A stretch of 64,000 bases of DNA, taken from a virus. Within the stretch, counting starts at the first letter, position 1. Every line of letters begins with the position of its first letter. A program made the position numbers and the translations under genes. The DNA lies in IMG/VR virus record IMGVR_UViG_3300032272_000003, positions 83,680 through 147,679 of that record; one strand, written 5' to 3'. This document shows positions 1-9,847 of the stretch, in pieces. The notes under the pieces are model-generated. The model was not told where the DNA came from. It did not search any database and saw nothing but the letters and a program-made list of their open reading frames with translations.

Positions 1-1067
1 GATTCTTCGCTGAAAGCCGTATACGTAAGGCCCAAAAACAAGGCTTAATAGGTGAGTCTGGTCTTAGACAACAATTACAGGCTGGTGCCGGAGGTGGTGG
101 TAAGTTCGCTGGTGCCCAGGCAGAAGAATTAAGTGAGAGCACTATTAAATTCAACAATACTGCTGCTGAGTTATTAGAACAGATCGCAGGTCTATTAGAA
201 GATGGCCTGGGTATATCAAGACGTATTGCCGATGAGGTGGAAGAACAGGTCACTACTAAGGGGCCTGGTATATTCAGTAAGATTAAAGGATTCTTCTCTC
301 TTGGCCTGGGTGGTATGATGGCAACTATGTTCGCTGGTGGTAAAAAAACCATATTCGGATTCATTAAGAAGCTATTCAACCCCGCCGCTTTAGGTACAGC
401 CCTACGTGCAGTATCAATACCAGCAATGGCCGGTGCCGTGGCATTCTTTGTTGGTAACTTTGTCGGTAAGAATGTAGTCAAGCCAGTATTCGATATGGTT
501 GATAAGTTCTTCGGTAACACACTGAGCGATGCTATCGCTTCGGGCATCATTAAGATGGGTGTAGTGTTAGAGAAGATACCAGGATTCACTAGGCTGTTTG
601 GTACCAACTTCACTGAACAGGCTGCAATGGTCGAACGTAATAAGGAAGCTGCCAGAACAGCTCTTGCAGAGGAAGCACGTATTCGTGATATCCATGCTGC
701 TAAAATGTCTCGCTTGGCCGAAGAAGAACAAATGCGTGAGACAGAGATGTGGCAGAACAAAGTTGATAACGTTAAACATTTCGGTAAGGAGATCGCTGAT
801 AACACTAATAAACTATTCACTGACCCTGTTGGTTATGCTCAAGCGAATATACCTGGAGCAATTACTGCTGTGAAGAAAGCACCATCACAGGCAGAACAGG
901 CGGCAATTATAGCCAACAATTTACTTGCCACTAAGATAGACAAAATGACAGGTCAACAAGTAGCAGCACTTAGAAAGATCGCTGGTGAGCTTGCCGGTGC
1001 CGTGGGTAACATCACCACACCAGGAGTCAATGACGACCCTGGTACTAGAGGATTAATAGGAGGTTAG
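1..1067 (+). CDS. Tape measure / baseplate hub-associated protein, C-terminal part (5' truncated by window)
   Basis: Frame open from position 3 (FFAESRIRKAQ...); Gly/Ala-rich amphipathic helical sequence; lies directly upstream of baseplate genes. Confidence 0.55.
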   Translation, partial: FFAESRIRKAQKQGLIGESGLRQQLQAGAGGGGKFAGAQAEELSESTIKFNNTAAELLEQIAGLLEDGLGISRRIADEVEEQVTTKGPGIFSKIKGFFSLGLGGMMATMFAGGKKTIFGFIKKLFNPAALGTALRAVSIPAMAGAVAFFVGNFVGKNVVKPVFDMVDKFFGNTLSDAIASGIIKMGVVLEKIPGFTRLFGTNFTEQAAMVERNKEAARTALAEEARIRDIHAAKMSRLAEEEQMRETEMWQNKVDNVKHFGKEIADNTNKLFTDPVGYAQANIPGAITAVKKAPSQAEQAAIIANNLLATKIDKMTGQQVAALRKIAGELAGAVGNITTPGVNDDPGTRGLIGG

Positions 1068-1069
1068 TA

Positions 1070-1780
1070 ATGGCTTTACATTTAGACAAATTGGACGCTT
1101 CAAGACTCATTCGAATATACCAGACGGAAGGTGGTATGTATGCGGTTGCCCATTTACCCGAGACATTCGGTATAGCCTCCGGTGCAGAAGTCACAGAACC
1201 ATTTGCAAGCTTTACCAGTGACGGTAATGCAGCATCACTCATGAGACTACTGGGTGTGAGTAATAAGGTCGGACTGGCCACAACCAAAGTATTCGTAGGC
1301 CCGGATCATCCAGCCATCTCAGTCGATCTCAAGTTCGAAGCATACTATGATGCCTTTGCTGAGGTGATCATACCAGTATTCAATCTATTAGCCATGTCTG
1401 CTGCCACAGTAGGTAACGCTGAGGATTCAGGTATCAAGGCATTAGCCGAAACAGTCGGCCTGATTAAGAAGGGAGCTGCCGGTGCGGCCCAGGTTGCCGG
1501 TGCGGCCATTGGTCAGGCACAATTAGCAAATCAGATAGCAGAGTCAATCAGTAGCTTCAAGATTCAATACCTCAAGGCTCCAAGTCCTGTACATGTAAAG
1601 TTCGGTAAGGTTCTCAAAATACCAGAAGCATTCATCACCAGTGTTGATCCTCACTTCTCAAACATACTGGATGCCAATGGGTACCCTATAGAAGCGACAG
1701 TGAGTGTTACGTTTGAGATGATCAAGCCACCAACCCGTGCCGATTTCTATGACATGGTTTTTAATGCGAGTAGCGACTAA
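1070..1780 (+). CDS. Baseplate / tail tube initiator-like protein
   Basis: Between tape measure and gp53-like gene; C-terminal PVHVKFG...FITSVDPHFS...GYPIEATVSVTF resembles tube-initiator (gp48/CIS-tube-like) domains. Confidence 0.55.
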   Translation: MALHLDKLDASRLIRIYQTEGGMYAVAHLPETFGIASGAEVTEPFASFTSDGNAASLMRLLGVSNKVGLATTKVFVGPDHPAISVDLKFEAYYDAFAEVIIPVFNLLAMSAATVGNAEDSGIKALAETVGLIKKGAAGAAQVAGAAIGQAQLANQIAESISSFKIQYLKAPSPVHVKFGKVLKIPEAFITSVDPHFSNILDANGYPIEATVSVTFEMIKPPTRADFYDMVFNASSD

Positions 1781-2142
1781 TGGCGATAACCGATAGAAAG
1801 AGCCTATACAGGCATGTCCTGGTAGATGGTAATAAAGAGATTGATCCACTTGACAGTGTAATACCTGATATGGAATTCTCTGATGACCGCTCACGTTCAA
1901 TTGTAATCAGTGAAGACTTACTGGGTAGACTCGATTTAATATCCTTCTACCTATATGACACGTCTGACTTCTGGTGGTTGATTGCCCAACATAACGATCT
2001 CCTGAACCCTATGGAAGATATGTATATTGGTCAGGTACTCATGATACCGTCACAGATCGATTTCTATAACATCTACAATGCCAATGCTATTACCGACGAT
2101 GTAGAGAAGGTATTCAGTAAGCGTGAGCTGGAGCTTGAATAA
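1780..2142 (+). CDS. Baseplate wedge protein, T4 gp53-like (LysM-type)
   Basis: RLDLISFYLY...WWLIAQHNDLLNPMEDMYIGQVLMIP motif. Confidence 0.8.
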   Translation: MAITDRKSLYRHVLVDGNKEIDPLDSVIPDMEFSDDRSRSIVISEDLLGRLDLISFYLYDTSDFWWLIAQHNDLLNPMEDMYIGQVLMIPSQIDFYNIYNANAITDDVEKVFSKRELELE

Positions 2143-3362
2143 TGGCTGAGACTAGTATCTTCGAATACAATTTAGATAACAAACAGGTCATACGACTGTC
2201 TGCTGATGTAACCGATCCATTGTCAGTCCTAAGCATCTCCACGGTTGTCCTAGAAGAACAGCTTGGTTTAGGGTCTCCTATGCTATCAATCAACATGGTC
2301 GATGGCCTGGGTGATGTATTGGGTAAGTTCTTATTCGATCCCACAATGGTTTTTACACTATCATATGGCCTCACTGAAGACACTCTCCAGAATGCCACAT
2401 TCAAATTCGCCTCAAGCAAGTATGAGAATGCAAGTTCTGGGTCAAGCACAAATATATTAACGACCGTGAACTTCATAGGAAGCCACTGGGAAGGTTTTCT
2501 CAAGGATACCCATAGTAGGTCATGGACACAGAAGCGTTACTCCGCAGTGGCGAGCACGATAGCTGCTGAGATAGGATACACGGCTGATGTAGAAGAGACC
2601 AAAGACTTCCATAACGTTATACAACCTGACTGGACCAATTATCAATTGTTAAAGTGGATGGCAGAGAATGCTGTTAATACTAAAGACATCGGTGGGTACT
2701 TTGTGGGCCTTACCCTGGACAAGCGACTCATCTTCCGCCCTGTTGATCATTTAGCAGAGGTGGTACCAGCAGCGACCTACGTATTGAACGATTCCGATAA
2801 GAAACAATCCGATGATGAGTTGGATTACTTCAGAGCATTCCTTGTGAAGAACGATTATGTGTCGTCAGTAGCCAAGGCAGCATCCGGTGTTAAGTATATG
2901 TACTTCGATTTTGCCACTGGACAGTTTATTAATGGCGAGAGTAAGGTATCTACCTCCAAGCAGAGACAATTAAGTGATGTATTTTACATTGCCGATGAGC
3001 ATGAGAACGCTCCAAATAGATATTATGGTGGTCGTAATACTAATACTCCATCATTATCAGAGAATAATGTATTAAATTCGGCTAATTCAATTAATAGGGC
3101 AACCATTTCTATCGAGGGTAACACCTTTTTACATGCCGGTGACGTATTAAATATGATTATTCCATCTAATTTAGCACATATTGATAATGTAATTGAGGAA
3201 TATTACTCTGGCTACTGGTTAATTGAAAGAATTGCTCATGTATTTAATATGAATAATGGTAAAGTCGTGTCGAATATTACATTAATTCGCCCTGGTATCA
3301 ACTCACCTCTTATATCTGGCTATGTCAAGTCTACCAAAGGCAAGAAGATCACCGAATTATAA
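2142..3362 (+). CDS. Baseplate hub protein (gp27 / late-control-D / VgrG-N-like)
   Basis: 406 aa; RSW...S.VA..IA, IQP.WT..QLL.WMA, I.IEGN..L.AGD, YSGYWLIERIAH motifs; synteny. Confidence 0.75.
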   Translation: MAETSIFEYNLDNKQVIRLSADVTDPLSVLSISTVVLEEQLGLGSPMLSINMVDGLGDVLGKFLFDPTMVFTLSYGLTEDTLQNATFKFASSKYENASSGSSTNILTTVNFIGSHWEGFLKDTHSRSWTQKRYSAVASTIAAEIGYTADVEETKDFHNVIQPDWTNYQLLKWMAENAVNTKDIGGYFVGLTLDKRLIFRPVDHLAEVVPAATYVLNDSDKKQSDDELDYFRAFLVKNDYVSSVAKAASGVKYMYFDFATGQFINGESKVSTSKQRQLSDVFYIADEHENAPNRYYGGRNTNTPSLSENNVLNSANSINRATISIEGNTFLHAGDVLNMIIPSNLAHIDNVIEEYYSGYWLIERIAHVFNMNNGKVVSNITLIRPGINSPLISGYVKSTKGKKITEL

Positions 3363-3551
3363 TACCCACAGTGCTAGATGGAGTGCTGTGGCTTCCTCGG
3401 TCCTAAACCTTTTACGAATCCTCTCATATGCATTACTTGACTGACTGATAGCAGCCAACTGTACTTCTGGTTCAGGGTCATCCATATGACCAATGAAAGA
3501 CCAATGCTCTTCTATCAGCCCCAAACGATATTTGATATAGACCTGGCCCAT
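3357..3551 (-). CDS. Family A small paralog (truncated; DDPEPEVQLAAI repeat; ends LHLALWVL)
   Basis: Shared repeat and C-terminus; TGATG overlap with upstream gene. Confidence 0.7.
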   Translation of the reverse strand: MGQVYIKYRLGLIEEHWSFIGHMDDPEPEVQLAAISQSSNAYERIRKRFRTEEATALHLALWVL

Positions 3552-3787
3552 CACATCACCCACAATGCCATGTGTAAGTTTCTGGCTTCATCGGTTGGCT
3601 TCTTGATACATCTATACGCCCACCTGGACGTTTTAATAGCCGCCAACTGTATTGTCTCAGATGGATTTTCGATGTACATGATGTCAGTCCCTATAATGGA
3701 TATGTGATCCACTTTGTCATCTTCAGACAAACTCATTATCCACCGTGTTTTACTAGCACTATATGTAATATAATCCTCGGTAATCAT
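3551..3787 (-). CDS. Family A small paralog (ends LHMALWVM)
   Basis: IENPSETIQLAAI repeat; near-duplicate of 4059-4307. Confidence 0.8.
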   Translation of the reverse strand: MITEDYITYSASKTRWIMSLSEDDKVDHISIIGTDIMYIENPSETIQLAAIKTSRWAYRCIKKPTDEARNLHMALWVM

Positions 3788-4059
3788 AAGCACCACATCG
3801 CTTTATGTAGATTGGTCACTTCTTGTGAAGGATTCTTAATGTGGTCATAACAATCAGGATGATGAGCAACAGCATATAGCTGTACTTCCTCTAAGGGATT
3901 ATCAATAAGCCCGAAGAGGTGTATGTGATTCCTAACAATATATGACTGAGCATGTAGCGTCGGGTTGGGTATCATACCGATACTATAGGCCGACGTGGCA
4001 ATCAGAGTTAATTGCTGTGTTGTGCTTAGATTTGAATAATCATGTTCAGAATCGACCAT
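3784..4059 (-). CDS. Family A small paralog (ends LHKAMWCL)
   Basis: Three IxNP repeats. Confidence 0.8.
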   Translation of the reverse strand: MVDSEHDYSNLSTTQQLTLIATSAYSIGMIPNPTLHAQSYIVRNHIHLFGLIDNPLEEVQLYAVAHHPDCYDHIKNPSQEVTNLHKAMWCL

Positions 4060-4307
4060 CACATCACCCACAGTGCCATGTGTAAGACTTTGGCTTCATC
4101 AGTAGGATTATCAATACAGTCATAGGCCCACCTGGTCGTTTTAATAGCCGCCAACTGTACAGCCTCTGATGGATTATTAATATACATGATGTCAGACCCC
4201 TTACCGCTTATAGAATTTACAGCTAATAGTTGGTCTTCTTCACTCATAGCATTGTACATAGCAAATTGGTCACGCGCCCATTCTTCATAGTCAGTATCCA
4301 CTTCCAT
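4059..4307 (-). CDS. Family A small paralog (ends LHMALWVM)
   Basis: INNPSEAVQLAAI repeat. Confidence 0.8.
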   Translation of the reverse strand: MEVDTDYEEWARDQFAMYNAMSEEDQLLAVNSISGKGSDIMYINNPSEAVQLAAIKTTRWAYDCIDNPTDEAKVLHMALWVM

Positions 4308-4331
4308 ATTCTTATGCCTTTGTAATTTGTA

Positions 4332-4694
4332 TTATAAAGCCCACAAGGCTTTATCTAATATTACCACCTCACAACAAGGATTGTCAATACACTGGATGGC
4401 TAATGGACTGGCTATCACCGCCATGACCTGTAACTCATTGGGTGGGTTATCGATATAAAAGATAGAACATGGATGGGCCTTAACTGCAATCTCCATAGCC
4501 CAAATAGGTGGATTAGGGACATGCATGATAGCATATCCATTGTTCCTGAGAATCTGTACATTATCATCGCGTTTCATCCTCAAAATCATATGATTTTGTA
4601 TGGCATTGTGTATAGGAATAAAATCACATGTAAGATTACTCAGCCACTTGGCATCCTTACCGGCTAACAGATGCTTACGTACCTGACCTATCAT
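4332..4694 (-). CDS. Family A small paralog (ends LDKALWAL)
   Basis: Three xNP repeats; ATGA overlap. Confidence 0.8.
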   Translation of the reverse strand: MIGQVRKHLLAGKDAKWLSNLTCDFIPIHNAIQNHMILRMKRDDNVQILRNNGYAIMHVPNPPIWAMEIAVKAHPCSIFYIDNPPNELQVMAVIASPLAIQCIDNPCCEVVILDKALWAL

Positions 4695-5077
4695 AGCTTG
4701 TACAACGCTGTGTGTAGTGTGATTGCTTCTTCACATGGGTTCTTTATATAATGCAAGGCAATATCCATCTCAGTGACGGCTATCATCTGGGCAGCTTCAC
4801 ATGGGTTCTTTATAAGTGCAATACATAAGGGATTACCACGGACAGCCACAGTCTGCTCATGCTCTGTAGGATCGTCAAGATACATGATATAGTACCCATT
4901 AAACTTCAGAGCCACCGCAACCTCGTATGGATCGCCTACTGATACTTTAGGATTGTATTTGGCCTCCCAAGCTGCCCGATGCTCCCTAGACAACCGGCTG
5001 TCATTCGTAGAGCCTTTGGGCCTGCCCCTCTTTTGTTTAATATTATTAAACATCTTTATATCATTTTGATCGATCAT
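4691..5077 (-). CDS. Family A paralog with N-terminal AT-hook-like KRGRPKG (ends LHTALYKL)
   Basis: KRGRPK motif plus IKNPCE repeats. Confidence 0.8.
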   Translation of the reverse strand: MIDQNDIKMFNNIKQKRGRPKGSTNDSRLSREHRAAWEAKYNPKVSVGDPYEVAVALKFNGYYIMYLDDPTEHEQTVAVRGNPLCIALIKNPCEAAQMIAVTEMDIALHYIKNPCEEAITLHTALYKL

Positions 5078-5451
5078 AACTGATACAAAGCGTTGTATAA
5101 AAGGGTCGCTTCCTTGGTAGGCTTCTCAATATACCCATAGGCCGACTCACATTCTTCAATAGCCACCAGTTGGACTTTTTCACAAGGATCGGTCATGTAT
5201 TGGATGGCAGAGCCATTGGCATGGACAGCAACCAACATATCCCCTATGTGAGGTTTGACCAGGAACAGGTACATGAACCCGTTCTTATAGAGCCTTGTTC
5301 GTATTTCTTCATCGTGGTTCACGTCAGTATCCTCTAATGTAACAACACCATCGATCAGGTCAGCACTATACTTGACTCCTAACTTGGATGCGAACACAAT
5401 AGCCGCACTCTTTAATAGCATGATATCAAGCTCTTCATAAAAAGCTATCAT
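5074..5451 (-). CDS. Family A small paralog (ends LYNALYQL)
   Basis: TDPCEKVQLVAI repeat. Confidence 0.8.
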   Translation of the reverse strand: MIAFYEELDIMLLKSAAIVFASKLGVKYSADLIDGVVTLEDTDVNHDEEIRTRLYKNGFMYLFLVKPHIGDMLVAVHANGSAIQYMTDPCEKVQLVAIEECESAYGYIEKPTKEATLLYNALYQL

Positions 5452-5457
5452 TACTCA

Positions 5458-5541
5458 TTACCCACCCATCAGATCATCGTACATCATATATGCGATGAGA
5501 CCCATACTGATTGTTATACTAATCCATGATACTATAATCAT
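5458..5541 (-). CDS. 27-aa hydrophobic peptide MIIVSWISITISMGLIAYMMYDDLMGG
   Basis: Translated by hand; GGAGAAAGGA SD-like sequence upstream; fills the gap between families B and A. Confidence 0.55.
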   Translation of the reverse strand: MIIVSWISITISMGLIAYMMYDDLMGG

Positions 5542-5559
5542 TTTCCTTTCTCCAGTTAA

Positions 5560-5970
5560 TCATAGTATATTGGCTTTGTATTGTAATGTCAACTCTGGGT
5601 CAGAGTGAGTCCATACAACCTCTTCAATAAGATGACCGCCATCAGCATGGCAACATAATAACACACAGTAGATGACATCACCGCCTGCCTCTGTATACTC
5701 GTCAACATACCCCTCATCAATCCTTAAATGGAACAACATCTCCATGGCCAGTTGTTTATGATCCATGTCAGAGAAAAAGACCTCATCCAAATATACACTG
5801 AAAAGCTCTTCACCAGTGACAGTACGGTAATTCATATGAATATAATCGAGTGACTTCTCGTTCCATAAGCCAAAGAATGTATCAATCTTCTCAACCATAG
5901 GTATTAGATCATCGACAGTCATATCCGATACCCGCCTATGGACGGCGACTCTCTTCTGTTGATGCTTCAT
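5560..5970 (-). CDS. Family B paralog (ends VWTHSDPELTLQYKANIL)
   Basis: Conserved 18-aa C-terminus. Confidence 0.8.
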   Translation of the reverse strand: MKHQQKRVAVHRRVSDMTVDDLIPMVEKIDTFFGLWNEKSLDYIHMNYRTVTGEELFSVYLDEVFFSDMDHKQLAMEMLFHLRIDEGYVDEYTEAGGDVIYCVLLCCHADGGHLIEEVVWTHSDPELTLQYKANIL

Positions 5971-6344
5971 AGGATATTGGCCTTATATATTAACTCCATC
6001 TCAGGGTCAGGGTGAGTCCATACAACTTCGTCCTGTACCGCACACTCATAGATGCTGTTTGGGATTTTATTAGACATCCTTAAATATATTTTGTATATGG
6101 TACCGACATTCTTCTCGTCAACAATAAGCTCATCTAAAATTAATATTGATAAATGATGTATCGATTTTCTTATGTCTGGGTCATCCTTGGCGAAAAAGTG
6201 TGTACAGAACTTATCCTCATTATTAATTGATACTGTCTTTACCTGAACATTAAATAGGTTGGAACTGTGCTTGTTATAATAATCCCTTACTTTCTGAGCG
6301 ATAGGGTAAAAGTCTTCATATGAATATGATGATATATCACTCAT
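5967..6344 (-). CDS. Family B paralog (ends VWTHPDPEMELIYKANIL)
   Basis: Conserved C-terminus; coupled. Confidence 0.8.
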   Translation of the reverse strand: MSDISSYSYEDFYPIAQKVRDYYNKHSSNLFNVQVKTVSINNEDKFCTHFFAKDDPDIRKSIHHLSILILDELIVDEKNVGTIYKIYLRMSNKIPNSIYECAVQDEVVWTHPDPEMELIYKANIL

Positions 6345-6679
6345 AATATACTGGCCTTATAGTTAATCTCTACACCGGGGTCAGGATGAGTCCATATAGG
6401 TATATATGTACCTTCCGTTCCGCCTATTAACAATTGATAAATGTTATATGGTCTTATATCGATTTCGACCCTGGCGATCTCTTCTAATACACGTCTAATA
6501 TGGACAGTCATACTTTCCTCAAATCTATCAAAGAAGCAGATGTCGATAAAGTCACCATTCTCTAGGTAGGCATTAATAAAGACATATCCAATATCATCGG
6601 GCATCGCATCGGAGAGTTCATATATCCTTTCCATGATAGGTTTGAACTCAGCCGGGGTATACTCGGATATCCTTTTCAC
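6341..6679 (-). CDS. Family B paralog (ends IWTHPDPGVEINYKASIL)
   Basis: Conserved C-terminus; GTGA overlap. Confidence 0.8.
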   Translation of the reverse strand: MKRISEYTPAEFKPIMERIYELSDAMPDDIGYVFINAYLENGDFIDICFFDRFEESMTVHIRRVLEEIARVEIDIRPYNIYQLLIGGTEGTYIPIWTHPDPGVEINYKASIL

Positions 6680-6933
6680 CCCACATGCTCCCTGGTTGCC
6701 AGGACGGCTTTGATCTTATCCATGTATTCCTTCACCGGGCGACGTGGTACTTCAACATCGTTCTCCCAGTCAGAGCCAATATACTCATGGCACAGTTCAC
6801 AGCACCGTGGCCCACGGTAATGGCCTATAGCTGAGTGAACAGCCCTTGCACTCTTAAGCACATTCAGCAATCGTGGTGTGGATAGCTTATTCAATTGTTC
6901 TGCTGTTAGGTAGTTGAGATTACTTTTACTCAT
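6676..6933 (-). CDS. Hypothetical protein with CCxxC motif (not a member of the array families)
   Basis: Coupled ORF; KLSTPRLL...CCELC...LATREHV. Confidence 0.75.
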   Translation of the reverse strand: MSKSNLNYLTAEQLNKLSTPRLLNVLKSARAVHSAIGHYRGPRCCELCHEYIGSDWENDVEVPRRPVKEYMDKIKAVLATREHVG

Positions 6934-7328
6934 AATTTGTTTGCCTTATAGGTTAGCTTGACCTCTGGATCAGGATGGGTCCATACGTTACAATGTAGTA
7001 CTGTTTTCTCAGAAACAGCATCTACAGTATCTATAGTATCTGGATAATAGTAACATTCCATGGACAGTTTATAAATCATATCACCACTATATTCATCAAT
7101 CTCATTTAACATAATACTAGCCAAGTACTCAATTGTAGTATCATCAATATATTCATGATGGAAATAGTATAGTTGACACCTAACACCATCCACGGTATGA
7201 ACAATCACACGTCTACCATTTGTGTTACCTCTTTCCACCCACGCTTTGTGGCAATCAATCATTTGAGCCGCAATAGGTATAAACTCTTTGTGAGTCAGTT
7301 CTGATAATCGCTTGTATTCAGATGTCAT
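6930..7328 (-). CDS. Family B paralog (ends VWTHPDPEVKLTYKANKL)
   Basis: Conserved C-terminus; GGGAG SD upstream of ATG at 7328. Confidence 0.8.
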   Translation of the reverse strand: MTSEYKRLSELTHKEFIPIAAQMIDCHKAWVERGNTNGRRVIVHTVDGVRCQLYYFHHEYIDDTTIEYLASIMLNEIDEYSGDMIYKLSMECYYYPDTIDTVDAVSEKTVLHCNVWTHPDPEVKLTYKANKL

Positions 7329-7333
7329 AAATA
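7326..7333 (+). promoter_or_regulatory. T4-type late promoter CATAAATA
   Basis: 5 nt upstream of the gp5 ATG (7339). Confidence 0.7.
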
Positions 7334-7338
7334 CTCCC

Positions 7339-8154
7339 ATGGATGAAATGACATTTAACGGTAACTATAGAGCCATTGTAACAGATAACAACGATCCTTT
7401 GCAAGCAGGAAGGGTTAGGGTTCGGGTTATGCCCATGTTTAAGGATGTTGACGCTGACGCTCTGCCCTGGGCGGTACTGGCTGATGCCTTTATGGGATCG
7501 CCTAATGCCGGGTCAGTTAATATACCTGAGATAGGTGCCAACCTATTTGTATTCTTTGAGGCCGGTGACCACCGGTACCCAGTATACTTTGCCACTGCTC
7601 CATCCATACAGAACGGTACACCCGATCTGCCTACCCTCACCAGGGAAGCAGACGATTCAGTTACCGATATCAATACCAATGCTAAGAAAGGTGTAGGGAC
7701 AGCCTCGGGTAGCTCCTGGGATGAGCCTGGTAGCGCCTATGCAGCCGTGTACCCAGAGAATAAGATTTGGAAGACCACCGATGGCCTATTGATAGAATTG
7801 GACGATACAGACGGTCAGCTTCGCTTCCACATATACCATCCAGCCGGTACCCGTATGGAGATCGATAAGGATGGCAACGAGGTTAACCACACACAGGGTA
7901 ATCGATTTACTGTTGTCGTCGGTGATGATAAAGTTTATATCACAGGGAATGGCGACATTACAGTAGATGGGGACATGGGTATTAAGGTGGGTGGTGATAC
8001 CAAGATAGATGTTACCGGTAATGCTGATATTATTGCTGCTGGGGATGCCTCAGTAGAGAGTGTTAACTCAACTGTTAAGGGGTCAGCGAGTGTTACTATA
8101 GATGGTGGCCCTGCTGTCACTATCACTGGTGGATTAATTAGTCTTAATCCTTAA
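7339..8154 (+). CDS. Baseplate central spike, T4 gp5/VgrG-like (OB fold plus beta-helix, no lysozyme domain)
   Basis: YRAIVTDNNDPLQAGRVRVRV...LPWA, P.IG...VFFE.GD..YP; C-terminal VxGD repeats. Confidence 0.9.
   Translation: MDEMTFNGNYRAIVTDNNDPLQAGRVRVRVMPMFKDVDADALPWAVLADAFMGSPNAGSVNIPEIGANLFVFFEAGDHRYPVYFATAPSIQNGTPDLPTLTREADDSVTDINTNAKKGVGTASGSSWDEPGSAYAAVYPENKIWKTTDGLLIELDDTDGQLRFHIYHPAGTRMEIDKDGNEVNHTQGNRFTVVVGDDKVYITGNGDITVDGDMGIKVGGDTKIDVTGNADIIAAGDASVESVNSTVKGSASVTIDGGPAVTITGGLISLNP
7375..7404 (-). promoter_or_regulatory. Candidate sigma70 promoter TTGCAA-18-(TG)TACAAT driving array 1
   Basis: Read from the - strand inside the gp5 5' end; has an extended -10. Confidence 0.5.
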
Positions 8155-8492
8155 AGCAATACCATTGCTTTGTATTCAAGTATCTGTGGATGGCTCTCAT
8201 CGTACCATACTGTCTTATAATCATCTGTTTGGTGGTCATCAAACCCTATAGCAACTGCAACTGATATTGTCTTGTCAGACCATAATCTATCAAACCCAGA
8301 TTTTAACGATTCATTATTATGACAGTACCCATACCCATACCATACATGATCGATGGTATCGAACCGGACAGCAATATAAAGCTCCAATGGGTAAGTGTTT
8401 ATAACACTCTTGAGGTGCTTCCTGACACTCTCAATAGCAGCATTCTTCTTTCTGAGATTATGGATGACTTCCCAATATGCTTTATTATTCAT
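8151..8492 (-). CDS. Family C paralog (ends VWYDESHPQILEYKAMVLL)
   Basis: Conserved W..H..YKA..L tail. Confidence 0.8.
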   Translation of the reverse strand: MNNKAYWEVIHNLRKKNAAIESVRKHLKSVINTYPLELYIAVRFDTIDHVWYGYGYCHNNESLKSGFDRLWSDKTISVAVAIGFDDHQTDDYKTVWYDESHPQILEYKAMVLL

Positions 8493-8495
8493 ATC

Positions 8496-8816
8496 TTAGA
8501 ATACCTCGTTTGCAATAAACCCTAAAGTGTCTGGATGATCATCATTAAACCAGATATGCTTGATTACCCTATAATCATTAATGTCAATATATTCAATCGA
8601 CACCCCTAATGTGTTGCAACAAATCTTCTGTTCCAGTAATTTAGTATTACCCATGTCATTAAGAGGATTAATTGTGTAGGGTATATTGTATAAATGTACC
8701 CAACGCCCGAACGAAAATCCAAAAACACGTAAATGTCTATTCCTGTGTGGTGATATACCACGGACACTCTCGACCATCTTCTCATTAATTTCAATTGACA
8801 TTCGTTTATAATTCAT
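8496..8816 (-). CDS. Family C paralog (ends IWFNDDHPDTLGFIANEVF)
   Basis: Conserved tail. Confidence 0.8.
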   Translation of the reverse strand: MNYKRMSIEINEKMVESVRGISPHRNRHLRVFGFSFGRWVHLYNIPYTINPLNDMGNTKLLEQKICCNTLGVSIEYIDINDYRVIKHIWFNDDHPDTLGFIANEVF

Positions 8817-8866
8817 TTAGACCTTTTAATCCTTAAACAAATCTCCCAATACCGTTCCCTACTCAT
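8813..8866 (-). CDS. 17-aa bridging mini-ORF MSRERYWEICLRIKRSK
   Basis: ATGA overlaps on both sides; resembles the N-terminus of 8151-8492. Confidence 0.55.
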   Translation of the reverse strand: MSRERYWEICLRIKRSK

Positions 8867-9222
8867 AATTGATCTGCCTTATACTGTAAATACTCTGGAT
8901 CATCTAGGTTCTCCCATACAACCTTACGGTGCATAAACATCTTTTCATCTACATACTGAATGGCAATAGCAATCGAAAAACCCATCAAATATGTATATAG
9001 CTCAATTAAGTTAACGGTACCATATTCTGGTGACGGTACCAAGGTACTACGTAGCCACCCATATTGTGTGGTGTACGTATAAAGCCTAAATGAATTGACT
9101 GAATTGACTGAATTGACTGATTTAAATTGTGTACGGGGGTTATGGGTTAGTATACCCATACTCATACTCACCAGGTCATCAACATTACCAACCCGCTTAA
9201 CGATATCATTCATCATCGTCAT
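8863..9222 (-). CDS. Family C paralog (ends VWENLDDPEYLQYKADQL)
   Basis: Conserved tail; internal SVN repeat. Confidence 0.8.
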   Translation of the reverse strand: MTMMNDIVKRVGNVDDLVSMSMGILTHNPRTQFKSVNSVNSVNSFRLYTYTTQYGWLRSTLVPSPEYGTVNLIELYTYLMGFSIAIAIQYVDEKMFMHRKVVWENLDDPEYLQYKADQL

Positions 9223-9608
9223 AACACTGTATCCGCTATGAACTCAGGGTAGTACGAGCTATCCTTATTAATCCACACCTCATGAGCTACCCCATGCTTA
9301 CTACCATTGGTAGAGGTGACGATCATGATCGATACTATATCATGATGTATTAGATGACACCCAACATACCATTCAACCCTCGTCGCCCATTCCCTACGTT
9401 GCTCTAATGTACTCTTATAGCTCACATCAGAAGCATATCTGAACGATTCAATCCTATTCCATCGTGATAGATTATCAACATCCGATGGGGCATACCATCC
9501 AACAACCCATGCATCATACGCCTGATAAGCTCCCATGTTCTCAGAGAGTCCCCATAGCTTGGATGATACTGTATTGGCTATCTGGTTGGCTAACATACTA
9601 TTCATCAT
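9219..9608 (-). CDS. Family C paralog (ends VWINKDSSYYPEFIADTVL)
   Basis: Conserved tail. Confidence 0.8.
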   Translation of the reverse strand: MMNSMLANQIANTVSSKLWGLSENMGAYQAYDAWVVGWYAPSDVDNLSRWNRIESFRYASDVSYKSTLEQRREWATRVEWYVGCHLIHHDIVSIMIVTSTNGSKHGVAHEVWINKDSSYYPEFIADTVL

Positions 9609-9847
9609 AACACATACAACGCTTTATGTAACATTATCGCTTCTTCTGTTGGGTTCTTAATATACCGGATCATCATATTACTCACTGCTACCAATCTTAA
9701 TTGATAATCATTAGGGATACATGTGATCTTCCTGACAGTATGAACGGCATTCTCCATGCATTTGATCCTCCAGATTGGATACGAACTATACTTCTGTTCC
9801 AATTGAGATAGTATACCATCGAGATGATGTTTATCGAGAGGACTCAT
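9605..9847 (-). CDS. Family A' paralog (ends IKNPTEEAIMLHKALYVL)
   Basis: IPxxxQLRxV plus family A tail. Confidence 0.8.
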   Translation of the reverse strand: MSPLDKHHLDGILSQLEQKYSSYPIWRIKCMENAVHTVRKITCIPNDYQLRLVAVSNMMIRYIKNPTEEAIMLHKALYVL

